Of a stretch of 64,000 bases of DNA, positions 50,520 through 63,291 are shown in pieces. Position numbers and translations under genes: made by a program. Each line of letters opens with the position of its first letter. The first letter of the stretch is position 1. The notes under the pieces are model-generated. The model searched no databases, was not told the origin of the DNA, and worked only from the letters and a program-made list of their open reading frames with translations. The DNA is from Saccostrea cucullata (lineage: Eukaryota): the NCBI RefSeq assembly GCF_032062105.1, contig NW_026926125.1:124001-188000 (forward strand), in the 5' to 3' direction.

Positions 50520-51560
50520 TTAAACAATGCAAATCAAGTAGAGCAAACATGGATCTAAAAAAACCTTTGGTGGTAAAAGGTGTCATGGAGAAGTGAGCAT
50601 CAATTCAGAGCGCAAACATTGGCAAAGAATAAAAAATGCCAGTCAGCATCTGACTCGATAAAAGGTTGAATTTGCTGACATGGTCATTGTATCAAACATA
50701 AAACTTGCAAATTGATGACGTCAAAAGTCTTTTGATATCCTTGCTTCATAAAATTGTTTGTCAATTGTTTGCTTCTTTTTAGAAAATGTTCACAAGCAGA
50801 GCATGCTTTTGCGTATCGAATCAACTGAAGAACATAATACCAATATCCAAATGATAAGCTAGGATATATTGCTGCATAATTTAGGAAATTGAGGATTATA
50901 AGGTTGGAATCAACATGTTTATGATAGTTGACAGTTTAAGATATACTAGTATCTAAAAATTAAGTTATATCTAGTGGTTAATTTGTTGACCCCTAGCCTC
51001 GTTAAAGCTATACAGAATAATAAATTTAGTGAAATTTCTCTTTCAACTTTTGATCTTAATCGTACGTTCATTTATAAAACTTGGCCCTGGTCTCCAAAAA
51101 CCACAAAAACTATTGTCAATCAGAATCTCAAGCATCTATATGTGCCATTTGCTTTGATGTACCATCTATTTGCTGACTTTTTTTTAATAGATATTTTGAT
51201 TGTCTTCTTTATAAGTACTTTACTCGGTTTGGATATATCAAACATTTTTATATTTACATAATCATCAATACTAGCTTGCGAGTCTGACCTTTGCCTTTTT
51301 AATTTTGATGATCCATCTTTTTGTTATTCTTGTCTTGTGATGTTTTGATGTCTTGTTATAGAGGTACCCATTTTACTTTTTATTTAATTACGTCCATTCT
51401 GTATTGATGTGCCATCTTTTTGCTTTGAAGGATATGGGGATAACAAAAGTATTCAATATCAAAGTTTATAAAACAGTACAAAATAGGAGCAGAGCAAACA
51501 CGAACCTCCATAACAACAGGATCAGGAGCCAAGGAGGAGTAGGAATTCCTATCACTATTG
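50520..51560 (-). mobile_element. Degraded Penelope-like fragments
   Basis: 'gcatgcttttgcgtatcgaatc...atattgctgcataa' matches the 44.5-kb copy, and an RT-like DN.FVVFGDQ lies at ~51085-51120. Confidence 0.55.
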
Positions 51561-51606
51561 TTAATTCACACTTCATCGTCGATATATCTAAATATCGAGT
51601 TGAAGA

Positions 51607-53045
51607 CCCAGATAGCATGACTATGTTGGGCCAACATTGGTAAAATGTTGTATGGTTGGCGTTTGGGGAACGACGTTGGGCCAATTGGACCAATGTTACC
51701 ATGTCAACTTTCCGCTGTGTGCTCCAACGTTTGTCCACGTAAGCAACTTTTCAATTTACTTTCCTAGGAAGAACTGCTGATGTTGGCCCAATTCAATGTT
51801 TTTACATAAAGAAAGTGTCTTTTCAAGTTGGCAGTAGTATGTTGGCCCAATTTTAGCACCAGTGTTATTTTGTTTAGATGTTTCAAAAATCGGATATTTA
51901 TATTGGGCCAACGTTGGCCCAATTATTATTCTGTCAACTAAATGATGGTGTCAATTTTATAATTAGCTGCTGAGATTTACGTTGGGACAACGTTGGTTCC
52001 AAATATTAATTTAAATGCTCATTCTAAAATAATTAAGAGGACATTCTATGTCCATGCTTTTCATTGGATGACTGCTCTTGTTTAGATATGATATTTTCAA
52101 CATTTTAAATTTGAAATTAAGTGATCACAGCACCAAAGAGTGTTTATTTTATTATTTAAGTTGTGCGCATGCTTATTTAATTTGTAATAAAACGCTTAAA
52201 ATTACGATTTTTTTCATGAGCGTTTTACTAAATAAATATTAGTTAAAAAAGTTCTCAGGAACAGGATGTAAATCCCAGATAGCAGAACATCGTTGGTCCA
52301 ATAACATTATAATGGTTGTTTTATCGCTGTTGAGTTACCTTTATTGGGCCAACAATGGTCCAACATGGAATATTGATAGTTGGTTATGTATAATGGGGCC
52401 ACTGTTGGGCTAACTGTTCGCGTTATATCATAAAATTATTATCATGAGAGAAAATATTTGTTGGGGATTGGCATCGGCCCCAAGTTGGCCCAATATACCA
52501 TTAATCTGGCTGAGCATCATGGGTAGACAACATCCGGGTTATTTGTAATATCCGCGACATTTTTAATCTGACAAGAGCGTAATGAGACTGATACCTTGCA
52601 TATCTGCATCCACTTTGTAAGTATTTATAATATTTTGCTTCGACACAGTTTAATTAACGTTTATAGTTTAAATGATATCGTGTACAAATCTGTGTAAATC
52701 AGACACGGGGAAGTGCAGAGGCCAGGTGCTGTAGGGTCAACACTGTCCAAGATAGCATGCTAAAATTGGGCCAACGTTTTGTCAATGTCATCCAAATAGA
52801 CCCAATGTAAGTTTTTTCAATGTTCTGATTTTGGGCCAACGTTGGCCCAATGTAGAGTGTCATTTCTACAGATATTGGCCCAACGTTACGCCAACATTGG
52901 TCCAATGAATGCGACATTAGGCCAATGTTGGCCCAACGTTAACAGGAACATTGGGCCGATGTTGACAAATGACTTTGGCCCAGTGTCATTTTGCTCATAG
53001 GCCCAATGTTGGCCCGATATATTAGACCAACATTCGGCCAATGTG
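51607..53045 (+). mobile_element. Three EnSpm/CMC-like left ends (CCCAGATAGCA) with TTGGGCCAACGTTGG subterminal repeats
   Basis: CCCAGATAGCA occurs at 51607 and 52274 and CCAAGATAGCA at 52747, each followed by arrays of near-palindromic ttgggccaacgttggcccaa motifs. No matching right ends were found. Confidence 0.55.
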
Positions 53046-54059
53046 TATAAAGATTTAATTGTTACAAATCTGTATATTAACAAATCCGATAGTCTCAACA
53101 ATCAGAAATAAATCTACCACCAACCCTTGAAAATACAAGTTAGCTAAAATTAATTTACAAGGCTTGTTAAAATTCTTATAATTTATCAAAACAAAATAAA
53201 TTATCAATGATTAATTTTATTGTTTCTAAACAAGAAAAATAAATGAAAGTATAAAATAACAAATGTGTTTTGATACAAATAAAATTTGCCCTTTATTTAG
53301 ATTGAAATTTGAGTCTAGTATAATAAATTTCCGATGTCTACCACTCATTTTACTTACATATATATACACTTAACAGCACATGATCAAACATGTTGAAAAT
53401 ATTGAACATGTTGCAGTTAAAACAAAATTTATTGAGTACCATAAATTGGCTCTTTCATTTAAAGAAGTAACTGACAATTTTTTATACATTATTTTACTTT
53501 GAATATATTATATGGGAAAAATTGAATCAAAATCGGTGTGATGATGATGATCAAGCGTAGAAATTTAATGCATAAATGCCTTCACCACGCAAGCTAATCG
53601 CTTAATCACACCATGAAACAAAAAAGACAGTTATTCCTTAATTGACAGATTTTAAAAACATATAGTGATGTAAATTTAATTATGTTTACTCTTTAGGCTA
53701 GCATTTTTTTTTTATTTTAAGGTTTACAAACCCGCCGCTCAAGTTTTTGAATTTTAAGAAAAAAAAAATAAAATTGAGAAAAACAGAATTTTTTCTTTCC
53801 GATGTCCTGAGATTTCCCAGAACTGGTACTTCCGGTTTCAGATGAACATGGCGGGTAATGATTTTTAAGGATTTGCAAAGTCCATAGCAGCACTAAAGCT
53901 TTATTTAATGTTAATATTTATCGATAGGAGTGCCATTCAAAACGTTTCACAAGTTCAGAGGACAAATAAAATGCTGACGACTTTATTGCACAGTGACATG
54001 CTGGTGAGATAATTATGTTTCCGTGTTCAAAAGTATCTGTCTGTAAATCATTTTCCTCC

Positions 54060-54560
54060 CACAGGTTTAAAACTTCCATGGTAGCTTTTGTCAGAGACAT
54101 TGTTTAAGGTATAGCTTACAGTCTTATAAGCATCATTCTTCAGTAAAGGGTTGCTTATGTGCATCAGGTGTAATGAATAAAACTATGGGAGAAATGAAGT
54201 CCATTTGAGGAAGGCCCCAACTGGTAGATGATGAAATAAACAAAGGTTCTATTTTCCCATTTGTAATCCTTATGCGTCCAGTGGCATGAAGCCTGTTAGG
54301 AGAGCAAAAACAAAAAAAAAAAAAAAAAAAAAGAAGAAGAAGAAAAATTAATTTAAAGATTTGTTAAACCTAAAAATAAAAAAATGCTGGCCTTACTGAG
54401 AAAAGTAACAAATGTATTAAATACTAAATACTACAATTTTAGTGCTACTAGAGATTCTAAAAAAGACATTTAGAACACAATCAAAGAATGGCTAAGGTAT
54501 GCCAAGGACAGGGATGGGGAAGAAGAAACGGACAGAGAAGAAAAGAAGGGGGAGGAGGAA
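54060..54560 (+). pseudogene. Degraded CMC/EnSpm-associated coding remnants (transposase-like and DUF4806/BEN-like)
   Basis: Broken reading MVAFVRD../RYSLQSYKHHSSVKGC (cf. D.PAR...K.H.G..GC) and KKDI*NTIKEWLRYAKDRDG (cf. the IK.WLR.A.DR end of DUF4806-type proteins). In-frame stops are present. Confidence 0.3.
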
Positions 54561-55249
54561 CTCGGGAGAGAGTAGAGGAGACTTAGGAGAGGGATCAGAT
54601 GGAAAGTTGCAGTGCCGAACTTTTTTATGTTGTATACTGTGACATACTTGTAGTTCTACCTTTTTCTGTGTCTGTTTGTCGGTAACAAACACGATGCAGA
54701 TGCCAGAAACATTTTTTTTGTGTAAGTAAACAAATTAATGGCGGGATTCATTTTAGTATTATTTTAAGAACAGGAGGGTTTTGTTTATTTTTTAGACATG
54801 CTTATTAATACCTGCAATTTACTGAACTTGAGCATAAATTAACATCAGAGAGGGAGTATACAGTCATGTAATCCTACATGTATCGATTCAAGTGAGCATC
54901 AACTTTTTGTTCTTTATAAATGATTTCTTCATGCACTGAGCATCTTGTTAACTTTTTTAATGAGGTTATTATAACTCAGGTCTTCCAAACTTGTATAACC
55001 TACTGGAAAACAAAGCTTTCAATTAACTGGAAGACTCATTAAAACGAATCGATCGTATTAGTAAAACACTAGATCGTTTAATCTAACGGTAAACAAAATT
55101 AGAGAAATGCTTATGTACACGCTAATTAACAAATGAACATTTTATTTTATAGTTATTTACTTTATAAGATGTATTTTATCCAAGTAACCGAATAGCAGTT
55201 TAACTTACCGATACTCGCATCGTTCGGCGGTTAACCGTTGCCAACACTA

Positions 55250-55965
55250 GTTCTATATATTTCTATGTAAAACTTGAAATTCCCTATTATGGCCCTGGCC
55301 TACCCCTCGGGGATCATGATTTTTTCAATTTAATATCTACACTACCCAAGGATGCTTCCACATAAGTTTCAGCTTTCCTGACTCAGTGGTTCTTGAGAAG
55401 AGGATTTTTAAAGATTTGTTCTATACTCTTCTATGAAAAACTTGGAATTCCCTATTATGGCCCGGACCTACCCCCGGGGGCCATGGTTTTAACAATTAAA
55501 TATTTACACTACCAAAGGAAGCTTCCACATAAGTTTCAGCTTTCCTGACCTGGTGGTTCTTGAGAAGATTTTTAAAGATTTGTTCTATATATTCCTATGT
55601 AAAACTTGGATTCCCTATTGTGGCCCCACCCTACCCCCCGGAATCATGATTTTAACAATTTATATCTACACTACCCAAGGATACTTCCATATAAGTTTCA
55701 GCTTTCCTGACCCGGTGGTTCTTGAGAAGGAGATTTCTAATGACCCCACCCTATTTTTGTCTTTTCTTGATTATCTCCCCTTGTAAGGGGACTTGGCCCT
55801 TCATTTTACAATTTAAACTCCCCTTCACCCAAGGAAGCTTTGTACCAAGTTTGGTTAAAATTGGCACATTGGGTCTTGAAATGTGAAAAGTTTACAGAAG
55901 GACGGACGACGGACAAGATGTGATCAGAAAAGCTCACTTAAGCGTTCGGCTCAGGTGAGCTTTAA
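55250..55965 (-). mobile_element. HINE/pearl-like element with three ~166-bp Cg170-like tandem units
   Basis: Unit starts 'tatg.aaaacttg.aattccctatt.tggccc' at ~55264, 55432 and 55596. The terminal hairpin is 'agctcacttaagcgttcggctcaggtgagct'. Confidence 0.75.
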
Positions 55966-56110
55966 AAAGGTCTGCTAATAACGGAGCGCACTCGGTACCC
56001 AAGGGAATTCCAATAGATTGTTGGAAGACATGGTCTCCAAAAACCACATGGATATTGTCAATCACCATCAAGCATCTTTTTGATGTCAACTTCATAGTAC
56101 TTGTAGGAGC
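55966..56110 (-). pseudogene. Penelope-like reverse transcriptase fragment
   Basis: IDNIHVVFGDHVFQQSIGIPLGTECAPLLADLF matches the Penelope RT motif Q..GIPMGT.CAPL.ADLF. It is truncated by the adjacent HINE. Confidence 0.75.
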
Positions 56111-57752
56111 TATAAGAATGTGTTTTAACGAAATAATTTTGCAAATGATCAGGTAAGTTAATTTACGAGTTTCATTTTTATTGAAAAAGCAGCTTGCACT
56201 GAATTTCATATTGCCACTCAATCTTCTAATACGCGATATCAACATGGATCTGATACATTTAATTCATTTTGACAAAGTTTCAACGTCTTTTTTTTCATAT
56301 CTGGCTCATAGTCTGGCGTAATCTTCAACAGAATCCATAATATTTATGAAATTCCGACGCCAGTTGAAGTATCGGGGTTGCCTATAATAAGGACGTTTTA
56401 AAATAAGTGATCAAAGGTTCTCACTATTAACTATATTTACGTCACCTGTAATAACGTGTCCAGCAGGACTATATTTATATGGCGAAGAAGAGCATGAACA
56501 CGATGTAGGATTATATATTTCATATACGCCATATCCAGGCCATGTAAAGTTTTTTGTAATTGAAAAGTTTGGAAGAAAATGCTACCTTTTTCTTGTGATA
56601 TTTTGTTTCTATAGTTGTAAAGTTACTTTTCTCTAGTTCCTTTTTTGTGAAAGCGGGTGGGGGTCAGGCATTATCATATTTTACATAACTTACAGCTTAT
56701 GGTTCTGATCCCATCCGTGTGTGTTGAAATGCTTAAAATAAATATATTTATTTAAATAAATTACATTATTCTATATCCATGAAAGTGTTTTTTTTATTTA
56801 TACGATTTAGCAAAATATAACTGCGGAAAACTTGCCTAGCATAAGAAAAGATAAATTTTTTTAATATAACTTCAAAATACTCGTATATACAATCAAATTA
56901 ATGTTTTTAACAAGATTATTCTACAAATGACCGAATGATAAAGCTAGTAAATTTACCAGATCCATTTTCATTGAAGAAGCAGCTGTCGAAAGTAAATATT
57001 TTGTGATTTCAAAATTTGTCAAAGTTCTCATGAACATCCTCTGGTGGAATTTGTTCCTGGATTTTGATACGCTAAAAATTGTTTCTTAAATAACAACAAA
57101 ATTATATCGTATTGTTTTTATGGAAATTGAAACGTTAACAAATTTTATTTATAACTGAAATATTTATACACCTGAATTGATTTTTAAACCCACTCATTTT
57201 TAATTTGCTCTGCCTAGGATTGGCACATGCCATTTTGTGATGTGAGACGAATTGCTCAGTCGGCGAGCAGAGTTAAAGGAAAATAAAGACAATCATGTCA
57301 TTAATTGTAGCGGATAATGGTTATAAATAATTTGCTGGTGCATTTTCTTGGAAGGTGTAAATAAGCGCAATTTTGGGGAGGGATCTCAATGTAAATCGGA
57401 GTTGGATATCATATTATAATTATGCCTCATGGGTAAAAAAAAAATCATAATAGACACAAAGACGTGTCTGTATAAAACATGTGTAAAAACAGTAAAAAAT
57501 TCAATCATCAATGGTACACTAGTTTATATTAATAAACTAAAAATATGGATGAATGGGCTAATGAATCCATTTAAAATTAGACTTCTGTTGAAGAACTTGT
57601 TATATATTACAAGTTCATTTATCGCAATCACATGCATAAATTATAGATTTGAAAACGTAATCAACATAATTGGATACAGAATCTAAAATGATTAACTGAA
57701 AAAAAAAAAGATCTTCTAAAATGCACACATAACTTTATGGTTGAACCGTAAT

Positions 57753-60700
57753 TCAGTATAAGAATATAAGCTTAGGGCCACCGGTTTCTGAAAGGTACGA
57801 TCTGAATTTCAGCTCATATTCCCTCTGTTTGTCAGGCATTCTTATGTGGCGAAACATATCGCTGACTACACCAAACATACCTGGAAATTCCTCACAGTGT
57901 CTTTCTATATCGTCCATATGATCAATCAAAGGATATATGTACTTTTCAAAACGTGCTGTATGGTACAAATGCACGTAGCACCGGTTAAGATTTATCTTCA
58001 ATTCACGGGTTTGTGAAAAGACATCTTCTTTCAAATTCTGATCTTCAATGGTGCTCATATCTAAAGTATTTTGTTCAATGACATGTTTGAAACAACATAT
58101 GGCTGTTTCTATCGCAGAAAAACTAAGCGTTGCGTTCCTTTTGTCTAATTCTGCTATACTATATCTGTACAAAAACTTTGCTATTGAAGTTAAATCCGAC
58201 GATCGGGTTTCTGGTACAATTAACCAACCGATTGTTTCATCTACCTCCCATGGCAAAAGGTTCTTCAGTTGGAAAGCATTTTCTTGTGTGTAATTTGATG
58301 ACAGATTTAGTCCGTAGTCTCTGTCAAAATCTTTTGCAAGAATGATTCGAGATGACCGTTGGTCAATTTTGTCAATTACATCCTGTATGAAATCTTGAAA
58401 GTCCGGAGTATTTCTTTCTGAATCTGGGAGTAGTAGTAGCTGTTCATACATATTTTCCAGTAGCTGAGATACTGCGTCATAGAAGCCCATTCTTGAGAGA
58501 ACCTTTGCTGTGCGTATTGTTGTTGGAATTAATGTTTTTTCGACCGTAGCCCTTAAATCTTTTGTTTGCATAAAAGACGGAACGTCTGACAGAATCAGAT
58601 CTATCAAGTTTTTTCCATACATAAATCCATGCATTTCGGCAACAAACTGGATGATACTTACTGGAAACAGACGAATGGATTCAACACACAAAGAAAGAGC
58701 ATTGATGTCAGCTTCTGATAAGCAATCAATAAGGTTATTGCTTGGTATAAAGTAGTGCGACAAAAAACCTGTTTTTAAGCAAGTCAACAATTTGCTGATG
58801 ACATGCAGTATACAACCGCTGAAGCAGGTGTCCCAAGCACTAGAGGGCTTTTCCTCAGCTGCGTTCAAAAACACTGCTTTTAAGTGCTTTCGTTTCAGAG
58901 TCTTGTCAAGGTGGGATGTCATGTTTTCGAGCAACACTTTTATCACAAAATATCCATATTGTTGTGCCTTTGTTAGATTTGTAATCATCGTGAACTCTGC
59001 CAAAGAAAAGTCGAATTTCCATTCAATGGTTGGATGTTCGCTTCTTGGGTGGGTTTTTGGAATTAACGTAACCCTTTTTCCTCTTGCGCGGTCAATGAGG
59101 ACAGCCGAGGGAAAATCATAGTTTCTTTTCTTTTCCCTCCATTGAGAAGTCATTGGAGGGAATTGGCATTGAAAACCAATATACTGCACTTCATATTTAC
59201 GAAAATGCGGAACAGTCTTAATCCTCTCGGGAACCTCGTATGCTTTTAGATAAACATTTGAACCAATCTGCAAAATATTGTCATCTCTGCAATATATCTG
59301 AAGTTTAATTCTACAATAACCAGGGTGAGAACCTGAAGTATCAACATATAAACGTGATATCGAATTTTCTTTTTCAGGGGAAACTGCAAACAGCACACTT
59401 TTGTCCTTTCTAATAATAACAATTCTTGGCTTCTTCACTCGCCGTTCATCATAAAATTTACTCATTTTCTGTGAACGACTTATGTCTTTCAACGTAAAAT
59501 AGCATGGGTCACATAAGGGTCCTATAAAGTGGTAGTACAGAATTTCTTGATGTTCCCATATATAACATAGATGACCCTGTGGTATAACGTTAATTATTTT
59601 GAGTGTTTGAGACATGAGAATTTTCATTATGAAGGATAAATGTATTATTGGTATTCCTGTCAGCGAATCTATCTGCATTCCATCTTCTGTTAGGTGTTGA
59701 AACGATTCTAAATTTAAAATATTCAATTTTAATAAACGGGAAAAGTCCATTTTACTACATGTTCCATGTTATAAGAAACACCAAAAATGCAGTTAAAGGC
59801 TTTCTTTAAGTATGGTAAACAAGAGGCCCATGGACCACATCGCTCACCTGAGTAGCTTTGACCATACTGTTCATAACCAGTTTCCCCCCTTGTCATACCT
59901 ACTGTGACCCCACCCTATCTCACTGGTCATAATTTGGACAATTTAAAATCTACACTACCCTCAGGATGCTTTCGCATAATTTTCAGCTTTTCTGGCCCAG
60001 TAGTTCCTGAGAAGAAGATTTTTAAAGATTTTTCTTATATAGTTCAGTGTAAATTTGGGTTTCCTATTCTACCCCGCCCTACACCTGGGAGTCAGATTTG
60101 AATAATTTAAGATCTACACTTCCCAAGAATGCTTTTACATAAGTTTCAGCTTTTATTGTCCTAGTGGTTCTTGAGAAGACTATTTTTTATAGACCCCACC
60201 CTATTGTTGTCTTTTATTGATTGTCTCCCATTGTGAGGGGACTTGGTCCTTAATTTAACAATTTAATTTCCCCTTCATCCAAGGATGGTGTCACAAAACG
60301 TCCAAACATTGTTCCATATATTTTAACATGCACATTTTCGTTATGTAAATAACTTATCTAAATGCCATAACTGTGTTCCGTAGTATTTTATCTGTTCAGT
60401 AGAATTTACTTGGCGGGTTTAAATCCCGTGCTGTTATGTGGTCAGTTTGGGTGTAGCAATTGAGTAGAGCAGACGCACTTCACTTGCTCGAGTATTCACA
60501 ACTTAGTAGTATTCTTCATATTAGTATATTGACCAGACTTTACATCTCTTCTGAGGTAAGTTTGTTTTATTAATTTTAAGGTTTTTATCTTATACAGTTT
60601 CCTGAAATGGCCAAGGACCTAGTTCTAAACTTTGTTGTAAATTACATGAGTGAGTAATGTGTGTATTGCTATCATTTCAAGTACTAGTAGTATCCTAAAA

Positions 60701-61255
60701 GTATACGAGTATATTATAGTCTTATTATAGTATGTAGTAGCTACAATGTATGGTGTAAAGTACGTGTTCATTGTACACAAATATTTCATATAAATATTTT
60801 GAGCAGTAAAATGCTTTAGTATGTGTAGTAAACTGCAGTATGCAGCAAAATGCTTAGTATTTGCAGTAAAATGCAGTATGCAGTAAAATGCAAAGTATAC
60901 AGTAGATGTTATGATATGCATGAGCACGAATCAAGTTAGTATATTTTATGTACATTTATTATAATATGTGAATTTACAATGATTTTGTAGATCCCTAATT
61001 GGTCCAGGAAGCCATTCCACCCGAACAACATTCCAATCCAGAACTTTTAATAATATATTAAACCGAATTAATGTGATATATTTGAATAACTTAGTCGTTG
61101 TATTCCTTTTTGTGTGGCGACATATCGGCCCGCCTGCGACAGATGGTATGTACCAAGCTTGATACAAAATTAGCCAAGTGGTTCTTGAGAAGTCCAAAAT
61201 GTGAAAAGTTTACACGCGGAAGGACAGAAGGACGGACGACGGACAAAATGTGATA

Positions 61256-61297
<42 letters not shown>

Positions 61298-63291
61298 ATT
61301 TAAATATAAGATAGAAATCATTTTTAATCATTGTTAAAGTCACGTCTCAAGTATTTTGTATGTAAGCCTAGACGTTTCTGGAAATCAGATATTAAAATGT
61401 GAAATTATATTTCAAAGAGTAGATCTTGTGTCAGAGATAAGGTCACAACGCCAATGAACTTGATAACCTTAATCGAGGACTTCAGATGCCAAGTATCATA
61501 CAGACTGAATGAATACTGACATAAAATATATTGCAAAGAAGACGGATATCAAATTCAAAATCTTGGGGATTTTTTTAATGAATGTGCAACGCATCAAATA
61601 CTTGCTTTTTTTGGTTCATCATGTTGGTTGTATAAGATGGACAAATTGAAAGTGAACTGAAAAAGTTATCTTTGAAATTCATTGTACTTCGCCAATTACA
61701 GAATATTTAATACTTCTCTCAACATAAAAGTTACCTTCAGTTTCTCCAGACTGAAGACCCATTTGGATATATGGTCTGAAGACACGTGTCCGTTCCCTGT
61801 TATTGGTATATTTCACTTCCATACCGTCGTCTTCGTCCTCGTCCTCATCGATCTTGTGCAGAGCAAAGTTGGCAACTTCCTGTAATGTTGTCTCTGGTAT
61901 GAATCTTTCGTCAACCATTCTTTTCACCTGTTGTGCTATAAAATGTCTTTTCGTATCAGAGTCAATGTCCTTTGAACAGGCTAGGATCCTTAGTATTAGA
62001 ACCTCTGAAAATTGTAAGTGTTAAACCTTTAGAGTACATCATTCGATCGTAAGAAGCAATAAATTGAATACTATAAAAAATTGCATTACTCACTGTAAGG
62101 CCAGTGTCTTAACCATAGTTTTGGACGCAAACTTAAATAATGGAACTCGCCAAGATGACCAAGAAATATTGTCAAGCGATTTTGATGATTCTTGCACATT
62201 TTGCCTTTCACTTCAGTCCGACATATGTCATCACGATAGACGTTGAAGACGATGACTTCGAGGGAGAACAAATCAGCGACAGCCTGTAAAATGATATGAT
62301 CGCTCCATTCACCAGACCTCGACATTCTTGTCAGATATTCCTCCCATGTTTCCTCTGATAAAAAGGAAGATAGGTGACCTTTGTCTTGATGGAAGGGATT
62401 TTGTCTTAGATACCTATGGATGTAAAATTTTTCTGTTGAATATCGAAATTATGCACGTCCATAGCAGCACAGCAGAGCATGCATCACTGAATGGGTACGT
62501 TTCTTTTGTTAAACTTTATTATATAAACTGAATGTGTTTGGTTAAGCGTGCTATCTGACATTCATCCTGCAATATTAATTTCAATTTTTTTACTATAAAC
62601 TTACTTTATTGTTGTGTGTCTAAGAGACTCTATCGAATGCCCCAGACAGCCATTGATAAGCAATTGATCAACAATAGCCCGAAACATACAGTTCCCATCG
62701 GAAATGACGTCATGTACATCAAAATTGTTGTCATTTGCAAATTTTCGTAAAGACCTTTGAAAGACTGGCATATTCATGTACTGTTCTACTCCCTGGCCTA
62801 AATAAAAAGGAAAAAAATTATATCCAATAAGTCAAAAAAATTTCTTGTATGTAAGCAAATTCATTTCTGAGTTGGTTGGTTGTGTAAGTTGAATATTTTT
62901 TGATCATGTGATTTGAGCTAGACTTTAATTAAAGTATTATCTTACTATATCTTCCTATATTTCTTGAGCCTAAAGATGGAGAACCGTATCCATTTTCAAA
63001 TGCATCGAAATAGAAATCGTCCTCCCTTGTCGAGGTATGATTTTCCCAGTATTCGTCCTCGCTGTCGAAGTAATCAATTTTGTCGATGTCTTCTCTTTTT
63101 TGTTCATCTGGAATGGCAATTGACGCTTTTGAAAGTCTTTCCACATTTAATAACGTTTCCTTTAAACAGTTCTCAAAAACTACATCTTCGTTACCATCAC
63201 ACTCAGGCTGGTCTTCATTTCTCCATAACCCGCGAATAGGATGTTTCAGTGTTTCTTTCTCAATACATTGTGTAACATTCTGGGAAGACAT
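57753..63291 (-). CDS. OTU deubiquitinase - Mab-21/cGAS-like (cGLR) fusion protein, paralogue D (intact, ~1027 aa)
   Basis: Exons 63291-62946, 62797-62605, 62413-62094, 62004-61735 and 59707-57753 total 3084 nt with phases 1,2,1,1. Exons 2 and 3 have the same lengths as in A (193 and 320 nt). Exon 2, missing from the ORF track, encodes VISDGNCMFRAIVDQL. Other motifs: GEFHYLSL, SHPGYCRI, EWKFDFSLAE, LSHYFIPSNNL. Confidence 0.88.
59818..61295 (-). mobile_element. Full-length HINE/pearl-like element in intron 4 of paralogue D, interrupted by a solo LTR
   Basis: It begins 'aacaagaggcccatggaccacatcgctcacctgag', ends 'agctcacttgagctttcggctcaggtgagctaaaaa', and contains Cg170-like units. Confidence 0.8.
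60289..61141. mobile_element. Solo LTR (853 bp, TG...CA, 5-bp TSD GATGG)
   Basis: TGTCACA...TGCGACA is flanked by GATGG at 60284-88 and 61142-46. Removing it restores the host 'ccaaggatggtatgtaccaag'. Confidence 0.8.
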
